The position numbers and the translations under genes were made by a program. Of a stretch of DNA of 64,000 nucleotides, positions 25,630-37,419 are shown one piece after another (position 1 is the stretch's first letter; every line of letters starts with the position of its first letter). This DNA comes from Marsupella aquatica. Its lineage: Eukaryota; Plantae; Marchantiophyta. A model generated the notes under the pieces. It saw only the letters and a program-made list of their open reading frames with translations, had not been told where the DNA came from and did not search any database. Where the stretch lies: assembly GCA_973895155.1 (NCBI GenBank), contig OZ316897.1, forward strand, positions 19,967,224 to 20,031,223, given 5' to 3'.

Positions 25630-26380
25630 ATTCAGCACTAGTAAAATCTGTAGTGTCTTATAAATGCTTGCAAGCATGGATCGTGAGCTTCAGCCCGGCT
25701 TCGATTACAATTAGGCCAGTGTTAGTATTTCTCAGTTTGCTACCGGAAGTGCCAGCCTGGGTTCAAACCGCCAATGTCACTCCTAAAGACGTCGTGATAC
25801 CACTTTATTAAACTTACTCATACATCTCCTGTATGTATGAAACAAGCAAACTGGTTCAAGAAATAGATTTGTATGGGTTGCCACCGAAGTTGGACCGGTG
25901 CATGTGTGGTTAAATATGATACAGTATGAACGAGTGAGACACTTTCCACAGTTTGAAGTTCAGGAGACAACAGCAACAAAAGACGTGCAACAGGCAAACG
26001 CGCCGCTTTTTCAAATGCAAGAAATGGACTCGAACTGTTTCGGAGGGCAAAGCAATTCTTCATTCTTGCGTTGAATAACGGCCCTACCCAGGTTTCCTTA
26101 ATTCCTTTCCTTCTCTGGAACTTTACTGATTTTAATGATACACGCGTGGGCATCGTAATAAATTCTCTATGGGGCCACAAAATGGGCAATCGCATAATAA
26201 TTTTCAATTCGCACGTCCTCTGCTGTACAGCAGAAGCAATGGCTTTCTTAAGTTATCTGCGCAAATGATTAATCGCAAATGAGTAAATCTCACATGCTAT
26301 TGACTATCTGAGATACACGATAACTATGGTCACTCGTATCGGTCTCGAATCGTGTAAGAAATCCTGTATTCTGCACCGCA

Positions 26381-27850
26381 TTATTGGAGGCTGTCAGGGT
26401 CGAGTACAAGTTCGTCTTGTCGAGGTTGGAGTACGTACCCTGGTATGGCGTTGGTTATAAACTGTTCAAGTTTCCGGATAACTGTAGGATCGTCTTCTCT
26501 CCTTGCTTTACAAACTGTTAAGTGATCTGCGGTTGCGAAAGTGAAGTACTCCTCAATGTCTTGACGAGCTGATGCCTCTGGCACAACTATCTCGCTAAAC
26601 CCCTGCCACAGAGCATATTGCCAAGAAAAGTCAATATTGCTAGAAAAGTTAATATTGCTTGGCAGCCCATACAAAATTTGAGACTCACAACTTCAGGCTG
26701 CCTTTACCAAAGTACATACATCGACTATGTAAGAGTACGTCACGGGTTTCTGTATTGACCCTGACGGATATTCGAGACGGAAACTTAAATGGAAATTCAG
26801 TTGGAACGGATGAAGAGGACTCACAAGTTTCGTTGTCCGTTGACCCTCCGCAATCGCGCGTGCCCGTGCATTGAGTATGGAACGATGTTGTCTAAACTCT
26901 TCGTTGATCCTTCCCCTCTTAGTGTTGAGAGTCGTCAGAAGATTTAAGACCGGATTCGTGTGTGGTATGAGTTCAACTAAGTCTGCTATCTTAGAACCCC
27001 CATGGGGAGTTGCGTAATAGAAAACTCCCTTAAAGTTGTCGAGAAATGAGTTAATCTTCCCGTCGTTGTCATCGGTGCCCCGCATTTGGATAGCAGATAA
27101 GATAAATTGCTTAATCACTATTCCTCCTAAGCTGTGACCTACCAAGAACACTGGACAGCCCTCGCGAGTCCCGACACTGCAACTTGGGTCCTTGATGATT
27201 TCTTGGACAAGGTTTTCCCCCAGTTGATACATGTCAAGTTGGATCTCTGGTCGCGTTGCACTAGAATTATACGAGATTGAAAAGATTCGAGCTCTAGGAA
27301 AGCTTTTGCTGAGCCATTTTTGGGGCCACACCAGCTGTTCCTTGCCTTGCGCTAGCCAAGTCTTCCAGAAAGCGTTTTCAAAGTCACCCATTTGAAGCCC
27401 GTGAAAGAAGACAATGTCCATGTCATAGATTCCATCGGCAGGACGATACAGTTCCCAAACGAAATCGTTGATCTGTAAATTCAAAAAGACGATTATTCTT
27501 GTCAGTTCCGATTGCATCGTGATCGACAATGTGGGAATTTGATGAAATCTGGAAGGTTTTGAAAACTTAATACAAACTAGGACATTATTATTTTTGAAAA
27601 GCAAGCATGAATGTGACACCAAAGCTGAAAGAGTCATCATCCTACATCACGGACAGTATCAATAGTCGATGAGCTATCTGTGCTTTCAATTTAAGCACAT
27701 CCCTGGAGCCGGACGTCTCGACAAAGAATCCTTACTAGGCTTCCAAGGGAACCCGCACAATACGAAGCAGTACGTGGCCGGACAAGAAGTTAGTCAGCAA
27801 ACACTAACCTCCTTTATACCGGCAGGTGGCTTCGCCTTCTTGGGGCCCAT
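26381..27850 (-). CDS. Stand-alone alpha/beta-hydrolase (SERAC1/PGAP1/DUF676-like; resembles the N-terminal Hyd domain of bryophyte Hyd-NLRs), 3 exons, 303 aa
   Basis: Exons 27850-27809 (MGPKKAKPPAGIKE), 27472-26825, 26602-26381, with phase-0 GT-AG introns. Motifs DIVFFHGL, WPQKWL, LVGHSLGG, YYATPHGGS, IVVPEASA, DHLTVCK. Confidence 0.88.
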
Positions 27851-30800
27851 AAATATCTTCTGATAAGCTGCCAAGAATAGCAAAGCATTTGAGTATCAGT
27901 GTTGTCCTGAATATATGTAATACATATTTCAAATCCAAAGCTGGATCCGACGGGATCAAGCAGAATGATCTGTTCTCTGTTGTTAGCTGTAACATGTAAA
28001 GACGAGCTACTTAAGAGTCGGCAGCTGCGATTAAACAAATCCTGGCCCTCCTGGGAAAATCTGTATTCTCAACCTAGAACGATCGTTATCCCCGTCGTTA
28101 TCTTGAAGTGAAGACCAGTGAGTCTGGAATTCAGAATCTAGACATATGGGCTCGCGATATACTATTTTTACAACTGAGTAACATACGAGAGCTCCTCAAA
28201 AACTGATTAACATAGGACCATCTGAAGACTAAAGAGGAAAGAGACATCAGTAGTCCTGCGCTCGGATGGTATGAGTCCATTCTCAAATGGAGGGCTCCCT
28301 TCTAGGAAATGCCCAACAAACAAATACCATACCCATTGCTCACCTTTGAGTAAAATCCCGGCGACATGAGTGGAAGCCGCGTGAAGAACATTGCCCATTT
28401 TCGGCTCTTGCACTCTAGATCTCCCAGGGACAGAAATCTGCTGGGGTCCCGGAGCCCACCAGGCACTACTCTCTCAGCTGACTAATCAACAGAGACAGCA
28501 AATGCAGGAAGGTCTGATTAAGCTTCCAGCGCCTAGCTTTCCAAGCCCAACTTGCTCTGAACAATGTTCTGGGAGGGATCCAGACAGCAAATGTACATAG
28601 GGAAGCCTGACTCAATCTCCGAGCGCCTAGATTTCCAAGCCCACCTTGAAACAAGATTTGCTCTGAACGACGTTGTGGGAGAGACCTCATCAAGCTTCAG
28701 CTTCGTTTGCTTTGCCTAACAACTTTACTTGCTCACTGTATAGAGGTATCTGAAAGACGAACTCCCCTACATTTTGTGGCGGAGCGAGAATCCTACATGT
28801 GCCAAGGAATGTGTCGTCTGCAGTCCGAGGGCACGACTTTGCACTTCTCGGGAGCGTCAAACAAACGTGGGACACGGTATATATTTGACTTTTGGACCAG
28901 CTACCTTTTAAAAAGGTAGGCTTGCAAGTGTCTGGAACGAGCCTCATCAGAAACTTTCGTGAAGAAGTTTACTGTGGAATGAGATTTATGTCACAGCATC
29001 GCCATACTATAGTAGGCAACATGCGTGTACACTGAACTGCGTCACTAAAGGAAAACTTCAACGAGCGACGTCATCCATGAGTCGGCCCACTGTGAAAAGA
29101 AGTGGTGTTTTATCAAAGCACCAAAGATGTCGACTGTACCAAACACTTATTCCTGTCGCTTGCTCTACAGTGCTGAAGGTACCTGCGTGTATCCAGGTTG
29201 ATTACACATCAAATGTGACTGTGTTATGAATACCACTCAGTAATACAAACAGAATAATTGGGTTTATCAGAGTGATACAATATACTTTGTATTATCCCAT
29301 TTTGATATGTAATCACCTGAACACAAGCAAATCACCTCATATTGTAAATCAAGGGAAATGAATAAGGGTAGTCGTCATTCTGCATTTTGTGTGCAATCAC
29401 TGAGTAAATGTGATATATCTTACTCCATGGGAACTCACAATATTTTGGTTTCTTTTCCCTCCTACTGGGAAACCGCCGTTCTCATAGAATGATGGCAGGA
29501 AAAACACGTTTCCGTGGTGGAAAACACGTTTCCGAGGGGGAAGCACGTTTACGATACAAGGGTTGCAGCTAGGAATTTACCGGCTGAAAACATCGCAGAG
29601 ATTTTTGAGGTCCCTGCAAAATTGCACTTCGCGTCGTTGCAGTGCTCATTGATTTCGCGCATGATCCCGGCAACTACCGACTGCCATTTCCATTGTATAG
29701 GACAAGGCTGCTGTAGAGATGTACTGCTAAAGTCCGAAATGGACGGACATCGATCGGAAACCAGGCAAAGGCACCTGACGTCACAGTTGCTCGGTTTTTT
29801 CCTGTACAGGAAGGAGATGCGTCCTAAATGAATCCGTCATACAATCAGGGCTGTGACCAATCCAGCGTGGTCAACAATAATAGTGTAATACAATAATGTT
29901 TCAGACACTTTATGGGGCCATTTTTCTATACTATTTGCGATTACAGGCTGTGGGCCATTTTCGTACTCCATCATTTCCATTCAACAAGTCATGGCGTGTT
30001 GGATGCTTTCTACGGTTGCAAAGTGTACCCTTCGTCTAGCTACAGTAGACCGAGCAGTAGACATTTTTATTTTTTGTTTTAAGTTTTCTCTCCACGTGTT
30101 GGGGTTTTTTTTTTTTGGCCTTGAGAAACCTGATGCTTTGGACCATGCATTTCTGTGTAGGGTAGCCACAGGACCCAGACCAGGTCCGGAGGGAGACTGA
30201 GACCAGGTCCTGAGGGAGACAGAGACCAGGTCCTGAGGGAGAGGAGTAAACCAGAACCCCAAAGCTGCCGGCTAGGAGCTGAGAGGATAATCAATGCTCT
30301 CACCACTACATGTGTCACACACACATAATACCCTCCACACTTTTTGCTTGTGGAGGGAGTATTATTGAACTTGGGACCTCCAGGTTCTAGGCTAATCCTC
30401 TGGCCAACTAACCAAAGTTAGTTGGTTCCAATAGCTTCTTTTGTGTCTCACTGTGGGGTTGGAGCCAGGCCCAGGGGGCAGCCACCACAAAACCAAGACC
30501 TTTCTGACAGAATAGAGGGAAAGAGCCTGTGTGCCTAAACAAGTGTTACCCTGCCCCAAGTTCTTGCTAACCTATCGCGCCTATTATGAGATGACAAAAA
30601 GAACATATGGAAGAGGAAGAAACAAAGCACACCCCAAAAAGATTCCAAATATGAAGACTTTAATACCTTTTGTCTAGCTATATATTTATTATTTTCCATT
30701 TCTCTTGGCATGAGATTTAGTAATCTGAGATCTTTGCGACTGGGATGGACTTTTCACTTTTGACAAAATGTTATAATGGAGTTTAGTGACTTGGATGGAC

Positions 30801-31140
30801 TGCACCCAGACCCTCTATTTCTTTCTATTTCTTTGCACAGCCAAGGGCAAATTGGCATTCTAAATTTTCTGATCAGAAACTCTTTGAAGCAGGAGAGTGT
30901 GAATATGAGCTAGTGATAGCTAGTGTGAACGGGACAGCGTTCACACTGATTGATGTTAGTGTGGTAATGGGATTCTCAGCAAAATGCTTTGAGTACCTTG
31001 ATGATTCTTCTAAGGTTATTTGTTTGGCTAGAAAACAAGAGAGGGTCTCTCACCTAGATTTTCTGCTTGTTCTTGGTCAATGGTCAGGATGTGAACATTG
31101 TGACTTACTTTTGACCCCTGGTTGGTCTCTCTTTGGGACA

Positions 31141-32066
31141 GGTATAAGTTTGATGGGACCCTTGCCAAAACTAATTTACCCCATAATTTACGTGTCAAGC
31201 CCCTACTAAACCTTTGTTATAAACTAGGTCCCCCACAATAATGTTATTACCAACTAGTACTGTAGGCCCCCTACATAGGTTCCATACACTTGGTTCTTAT
31301 GTGGTGCCTAAATGCATGGTGAACAGTATATTTCCCGCCGCAATGCATGACATGTTGTGTTGCAGTCCACAGCGCGTATGTCTATGCTTGAAGACATATG
31401 TCTTCACATGACTATAGAAATTTAAGGGATCCACCATTACAGGATAGTGGGTTTTGACAACATTTAGTTTAAACATTTAGTCTAGTTCTTGCAGGCTAGC
31501 CAAATTTCACCACTATGATTGATTACATGGTGTCTTTGTTTCACATTTAGACAATTTTTGAAAGTTGCAACAAGGAAAAACAGCCAAGAGTAAAACATCC
31601 TTGATTCCTTCCATACTTAGACAAATTTGGGGTCTTCCACACTCCGACAAAATGTTGCAATATGGACCAATGGCCAAAAGTAGAGGATTCATTGCATACT
31701 TAGACAAAAGAACAAAAAGAAAAGTCAAAACATCATGCAAACACTCTGCATAGGTTTTGTGAAGCAACCTAAGACGAAATTCAAACCTGAAGACATGAAC
31801 CATATTGTCTTCACTTAGAAACTCTCAATTCACGCAACGGCCGCCAGTAGTCTGTGGTTCCCCCAACGGTGTAGATTATCATCCAGCATTGTTTGACTCT
31901 AAACGCTGCTCTAAAATTTGCAGTAGCTCTTATTGGTGATAATATCAAGCTAAAACTCCTTATAGGAACTTTCCAAGAACATCAGAGGGGGCCTAGTTTG
32001 TAACAAAGTTTCGTAAGGGCGTATCACCAAAATTTCTTTTGGCAGGGGTCCCATCAAGCATAGACC
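31141..32066. mobile_element. Non-autonomous TIR element (MITE-like), ~0.93 kb
   Basis: 31141-31245 (ttgatgggacccttgccaaaa...ctttgttataaactaggtcccc) is the reverse complement of 31978-32066; the interior is non-coding. Confidence 0.65.
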
Positions 32067-32089
32067 TCCTCTTGGGGATCACTCTGCGT

Positions 32090-32488
32090 TGTTATAGTGT
32101 CGTGACATATAGTGTCGTAGCCATAGTGTATCGAAAACATACAAGTCACCGGCAAGGCATATGTGCAAGCTGCTAGCAACCAACATGCATAGATAAAGTC
32201 CAATCACATTCACAAGTGCCAAGAAAAAGCAAATGAAGTGGTATGTACGTAGTGGAGGTGTAAACCTCTGTATATAAAAGGCGTGATAGAAACAAGTGTA
32301 CTGAAATCGAATCGAAAACCGGCGGGATGCCAAGATCGGCCAGGAGCATCTAACGAATCACTGTGTGAATCCCGTGTACGGAACCGACGAGCACTGTCTG
32401 AGCTCTGTCGACAGCGATTCAAGAAGAACTGAAAACCCACAAAGAAAGACATGCCCTAAGTAAACAAAGTCCTGGCATCACACTAACA
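32090..32488 (+). mobile_element. Probable solo LTR (Copia-like termini)
   Basis: TGTTA...TAACA termini and an internal TATATAAAAG. Flanking TGCGT at 32085-32089 recurs at 32491-32495, offset by 2 nt. Confidence 0.6.
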
Positions 32489-33179
32489 AGTGCGTTTGCT
32501 TCAAGAATGCCTGGTCAAGTTGGAGGGTCACACTCCTTAGGTGCTCAACCAGTGATATTGGGCATTCAGTTTGCCAAGAAGATGGGACTGTTGACTGATC
32601 ATTTACAGCAATCCAAGTGGCACATTCAGACTGCTAGTGGCACTGTGGAGGATGTGCTGGGTGAGAGTTCTACTTTACTCACTCTCACTTTTAATGGAGG
32701 TACAGATCAGGAACTGCATTTCCCAGTCAGATGTTTGGTTACCAATGCCACTACGTATGATGTGCTCATTGGCCAGGAGGCTTTGTTCCCACTAGGTTTT
32801 ACCATTGACAACTGGCATGAGCATGCATACTACAGAGTTGATTGGCATACTGATGGCTCACACTTGGGCTACATTCCACTTGATTTGCATGGTGCCCATA
32901 CACCTATGGCTCACCACTGTGTGTTGAAAGTAGTGCACACAGCTACCTATGTCAACCACCCATTGCAGGATTGGATTGAGGAGGATGACGATGAGGTGGC
33001 TGCTGCACATGCTATTGCACATATAGCAGCACTTTCTAGCAATGTGGATCATCAACCAGAGGTGGTACAACGGCTCCAAGCAGCCCATGGACCTTTGGTG
33101 GCTGCGCAAGTTTGAAGACCTTGGGCAGCACAATGGACAGCCAATAGCCCCAATCTTGAGCGCACCAATTACATGGACT

Positions 33180-34135
33180 CCTGCTCCGGATGGCCTTACA
33201 TTGCTTGAGCTTTTTGGTGGCATTTCTACAGGCCTGGAAGCTCTCCTACAGTCCGGCATGGTGGTGAAGCAGTACATCTACGTGGACATTGATCCAGGTG
33301 CAAGGCAAGTGGCTGAATCCCGTCTACTGGAATTTTCAGAATGATTTTCCCAGCAGTTTCCACACAATGCATGGAAGTCTGCATTTTCTTTCTTGCCTCC
33401 AGATATCCAGCTTGTCTAGCTCACCGACACTTCACCCTTCTTGGCTCCCTTGATTTGATCATAGCTGGTTGGGAATGCCAAGGGTTTTTAGCTGCTGGTC
33501 ACGGTGCTAGACTGCATGATTCTTGTTCTGGCCTTTTCACAGCATTGGTTCAGATTCTCACCTGGGCTCAATCCCTTTATCCTGCTGTTGGTTATATCAT
33601 TGAGAATACTCCATCTCAGTTTGACCAGCGTCCACAGGTCAAAGAGGATTTCAGTGTGGTCCAGCACTACTTGGGACCACCCCTTCTCATTGATGCAGTG
33701 CACTGTGGGTCTTATGCACATCGTCTTTGTAACTTTTGGACTAACCTTGCACCACCTTCCTTGTTGGAGTTGGCTCTTCACCACACATCCAGGGACACTA
33801 ACCTCACAGTGGACCAGATTTTGGATCCTGACAGTTCTTGCCAACCAATTACACGGCAAGAGCCAACACCTCGGTATCCAGCCAATACCATTGGACAGCC
33901 CCGTGCTGCTTGGCCTACATTTGTATCCTTTCCAGGTGCACATGCCTTTCAGGGTGATGGTCCTGGCCTGGTTTATCGACATTCTACCGGTACTTGGGAT
34001 GAACCTAGTCTTGAGGAGAGAGAACGGGCTATGGGCTTCCAATCCGGTACTACAAGCCACACCCACATCACCAGGCTGGTCAGGAATGCTTTACTTGGTA
34101 GGGTAATGGATCTTAATGCTCTCACTTGGCTTCTG
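33180..34135 (+). pseudogene. Retrotransposon-encoded C5-cytosine DNA methyltransferase (DNMT3-like) domain
   Basis: Motif I LELFGGISTG (33204), II YVDID, III DIQLV, IV DLIIAGWECQG (33467, catalytic Cys), V DSCSGLF, VI YIIENT (33602), VIII AHRLCNFWTN, IX ERERAMGF, X RNALLGRVMD. In-frame TGA at 33342, TAG at 33417, frameshift near 33420. Confidence 0.9.
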
Positions 34136-34485
34136 GTCACTTGCATCCTTTTTCAGATGTACATTCATCCAGCATCTGGAGTTCCAGCTCTACCACTCCA
34201 TGGTTCTGCTACATGGCATCTAGACCAGGTGCACTTACCTCTATTCAACACTCACCGCTTCAGTCCAAGTGTTGGGGGGGAGGAGGTCCCTTGTAATGTG
34301 GCTGACATTATTTCTTAGTTTCATGCTGTGGATCAGACCAGAGCAACAGATACAGCAGGCCTTGGAGAGGCCTCATCACGTTATCAGCAGCATGCTAGCA
34401 GCTTGGGTGGAGAGGCTGGCACTTCTGGTCTTCAAGCACGAGTACATCAGGTCCTATTCCTAGTGTTGCCAACTACACATTCATC

Positions 34486-35469
34486 ATGGGCAACCACCTG
34501 AGTAAAAGACAGAAGGACCAGCTGCTGAATTTGCTCCTCAAGCATGAGAATGTGTTTGCTTTCTCTATGAAGGACTTGGGTAAGTGCAAGACTATGCAGT
34601 TCTCCATTGAGTTGGCTGATGAAACTCCTATCTTCAGGCGGAGACACCGTTTGAGTAAGCATGAGTGGCAGCTGGTGGATGAGAGGTGCCAAGAGCTCTA
34701 TGAAGCTGGTCTTATTCAACCATCTACATCAGATTTTGCAGCAGCTACAGTGATGCCAGCAAAGAAAGATTCCAGTGGATTGTGGACAGAGAAGCGCACG
34801 TGTGGGGACTACAGGCCACTGAACCTGGTCACACCCCAGGACAGGTACCCCATGCCACGGCCAGAGGAGCTATTTGACAACATTGGAGACTCAGACATCT
34901 TCACTCTTGTGGATCTAAGGCAAGGCTTTAACCAGATTTTGCTGCTTGCAAAGGACCGCAAGAAAACAACTTTCCATGGCAGTAACCAACTATGGGAGTG
35001 GTTGGTGATGCCATTTGGCTTGAAGAATGCGCCCATATTCTTTCAAAGAATCATGGACCAGGTTCTTCAAGGTGCTGAGTTTCTGAAATGCTACATTGAT
35101 GATGTGTTGGTCCACAGCAAAGGATTTGACCAGCATCTACTTGACCTTGAGGAGCTATTCATGAGGCTTAAGAAGGTGAACCTAAAGATACACCCCAAGA
35201 AGTGTGAATTTGTTGTCAGATCAGTAGTATACCTTGGGCACCGCATTCTTCCAAATGGAACCATGGCTCACTGGGCCAAGGTGGTATCCATCTTGGAAAT
35301 GCCCACTCCTACTGATGTTCACACTTTGAGGAGTTTTATTGGGTTGTGCAATTACTACCGGATCTACATCAAAGATTTCAGCACCATTGCACACCCATTG
35401 TATGCTTTGTTGAAAAAGAATATGACTTGGAATGGAGTACATATGCTGAGGCAGCATTTGCCACTTTGA
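34486..35469 (+). CDS. Ty3/Gypsy reverse transcriptase domain
   Basis: R.CGDYRPLN, D.YPMP, DLRQGFNQI, KTTF, VMPFGLKNAP..FQR.MD, CYIDDVLV, KKCEF, YLGH; frameshift near 35425. Confidence 0.95.
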   Translation: MGNHLSKRQKDQLLNLLLKHENVFAFSMKDLGKCKTMQFSIELADETPIFRRRHRLSKHEWQLVDERCQELYEAGLIQPSTSDFAAATVMPAKKDSSGLWTEKRTCGDYRPLNLVTPQDRYPMPRPEELFDNIGDSDIFTLVDLRQGFNQILLLAKDRKKTTFHGSNQLWEWLVMPFGLKNAPIFFQRIMDQVLQGAEFLKCYIDDVLVHSKGFDQHLLDLEELFMRLKKVNLKIHPKKCEFVVRSVVYLGHRILPNGTMAHWAKVVSILEMPTPTDVHTLRSFIGLCNYYRIYIKDFSTIAHPLYALLKKNMTWNGVHMLRQHLPL

Positions 35470-35492
35470 AGGAGAAGCTCTCAGAATACCCG

Positions 35493-37415
35493 GTGCTGCC
35501 CAAGATCCTCAAATTTGCGCAATGCAGCCATCGAAGGTCCATGGGCTGCTTGGAGCCGTTGTACCACCTCTGGTTGATGATCCACGTTGCTGGAAAGTGC
35601 TGCTATACATGCAGCAGCATGTGCAGTAGCCACCTCATCATCATCCTCCTCAATCCAATCCTGCAATGGGTGGTTGACATAGGTAGCTGTGTGCACTACT
35701 TTCAACACACAGTGGTGAGCCATAGGTGTATGGGCACCATGCAAATCAAGTGGAATGTAGCCCAAGTGTGAGCCATCAGTATGCCAATCAACTCTGTAGT
35801 ATGCATGCTCATGCCAGTTGTCAATGGTAAAACCTGGTGGGAACAAAGCTTCCTGGCCAATGAGCACATCATACATAGTGGCATTGGTAACCAAACATCT
35901 GACTGGGAAATGCAGTTCCTGATCTGTACCTCCATTAAAAGTGAGAGTGAGTAAAGTAGAACTCTCACCCAGCACATCCTCCACAGTGCCACTAGCAGTC
36001 TGAATGTGCCACCTGGATTGCTGTAAATGATCAGTCAACAGTCCCATCTTCTTGGCAAACTGAATGCCCAATATCACTGGTTGAGCACCTGTGTCTAGCA
36101 TGACCACCTGAGGAGTGTGACCCTCCAACTTGACCACTGAATTCCTGTTGTTAACAATGGCAATGGTGGTGGAAACTGAAGTCCTATCACTAGGCACCGC
36201 TTTTGGCAAATGATGAGGTACCTTGTGAAGGGAGTTAGTATCCACGGTCTTTCCACTCAACAACATAGCCAGGAAAGATGGAGCAGCATGACCAGAATCA
36301 AGTGTAGCTCTGGTCACACAATCAGCAGCAATCGGTACTGGGGCAGCCAAACCAGTGGAAACATGTAATGGAGAAGAAGAAGGTCCAGTATGTACATGAG
36401 ATTGGTGTTGAACTAAGACGTCATTTGCAACGACCATACAACCATGACTCATTCCATACACACGTAGTCGACATAATCTCTACGTGGTTCACCTCTTCTC
36501 CAAGGCTACATCCACACGAACACTCAAGCTTTACTTCAAGAGTAGACGAACACACATGCTCTCCTCTTCCTCAAGTTGCTCCGTTACAATGAGTAAGCAC
36601 CACACACCAACGGCTTACACTAGCCCTGGTATATACAAGGTCACACACGACTAACCTAACCTCAGCTAAGACCCTAACTGTGGTTAGCCTAAGTGCCGTA
36701 ACCTTTGAGTCACAAGACTAAGAGCAATCCTTAACAATTGGACCTCCAAAACTGGTGTCACAGGGGCTGATGAAGAATGCAGTGAACCCTCTAGCGCTCT
36801 GATGACAGCTCTAGCATCCAGCTGTAAATCATGGCAACTGAAAAGTGGAGTTGTAAGAATCCTTTGTGCCATACCAGAGGTGAAATGCTCAAGCAGCTCA
36901 GGAGAAACAACTCCCTGTGAAATGTCAGCAGCACCTGGTGGTGGAATGGATGTAGCTGCAACTCCCTCCCCCCTCGCCGACAAGGTGCGCTCTTTTAGCA
37001 AGTGTGAGTGGCTGAAAAGATTGGGGCATGATAGCCCGAGCTCCCCTAGCTCTAGTCATAGGACCGGCAGCAAGACCATCAGCCTGTACAATGCGGCGTG
37101 TGGGAGCAATATGGGAGGCAACACTGGCCTGCTGGTAAGCAAAATAGGAAGGGCAGAATGAATCTGAAAATTCTGCTATAAGGCCAGGCTGTGGAGCAGA
37201 GGACAGCACACACTCACCCATATGAGCATCAAATGGCAAGCCATAGAAAGAGCGGGGTAGAGGTGCTGAACTGTCAGTGGTGCCTACACCAGGGATGGGT
37301 TGCACGTGACCAGCCGGTTGAGAAGGACCAGCAGAGGCAGTTGACTTGCCTTTGATGTTGGCAAGTTGGGCACGTAGGGACTCAACCTCATGAGTCAGAG
37401 ACTGGAGTTGAGTTG
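35493..37415 (-). mobile_element. Inverted gag C-terminus - protease segment of the same DNMT-Gypsy family
   Basis: Intact aspartic protease VMLDTGAQPVILG. 35493-36136 is the reverse complement of 32512-33131. Upstream gag-like coiled coil QLQSLTHEVESLRAQLANIKGK. The frame rejoins (LEVQ|SHVH) once the solo LTR is removed. Confidence 0.88.
36406..36736 (-). mobile_element. Solo LTR (331 bp, Copia-type) with 5-bp TSD ATTGG
   Basis: TGTT..AACA termini, ATTGG at 36401-36405 and 36737-36741, homologous to the LTR at 37612-37956. Confidence 0.92.
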
Positions 37416-37419
37416 CCTG

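Larger units (their letters stand above)
32512..35492 (+). mobile_element. Ty3/Gypsy pol segment: protease (active site deleted) - cytosine DNA methyltransferase - RT - start of the connection/RNase H region; decayed
   Basis: Collinear protease C-terminus (YDVLIG), DNMT motifs, RT motifs and connection region (LRSFIGLCNYYR..F..LKEKL..YPVL). Several stops and frameshifts. Confidence 0.92.

Noticed and set aside
33488-34106. Overlapping 192-aa (-) and 200-aa (+) ORFs within the DNMT region
   Set aside because: Alternative-frame shadows with no motifs; the DNMT frame explains the region
9734-35492. Functional link between the H3K9 demethylase gene and the DNMT retrotransposon
   Set aside because: They are 17 kb apart with unrelated genes between; proximity in a eukaryotic genome is not evidence of a shared system
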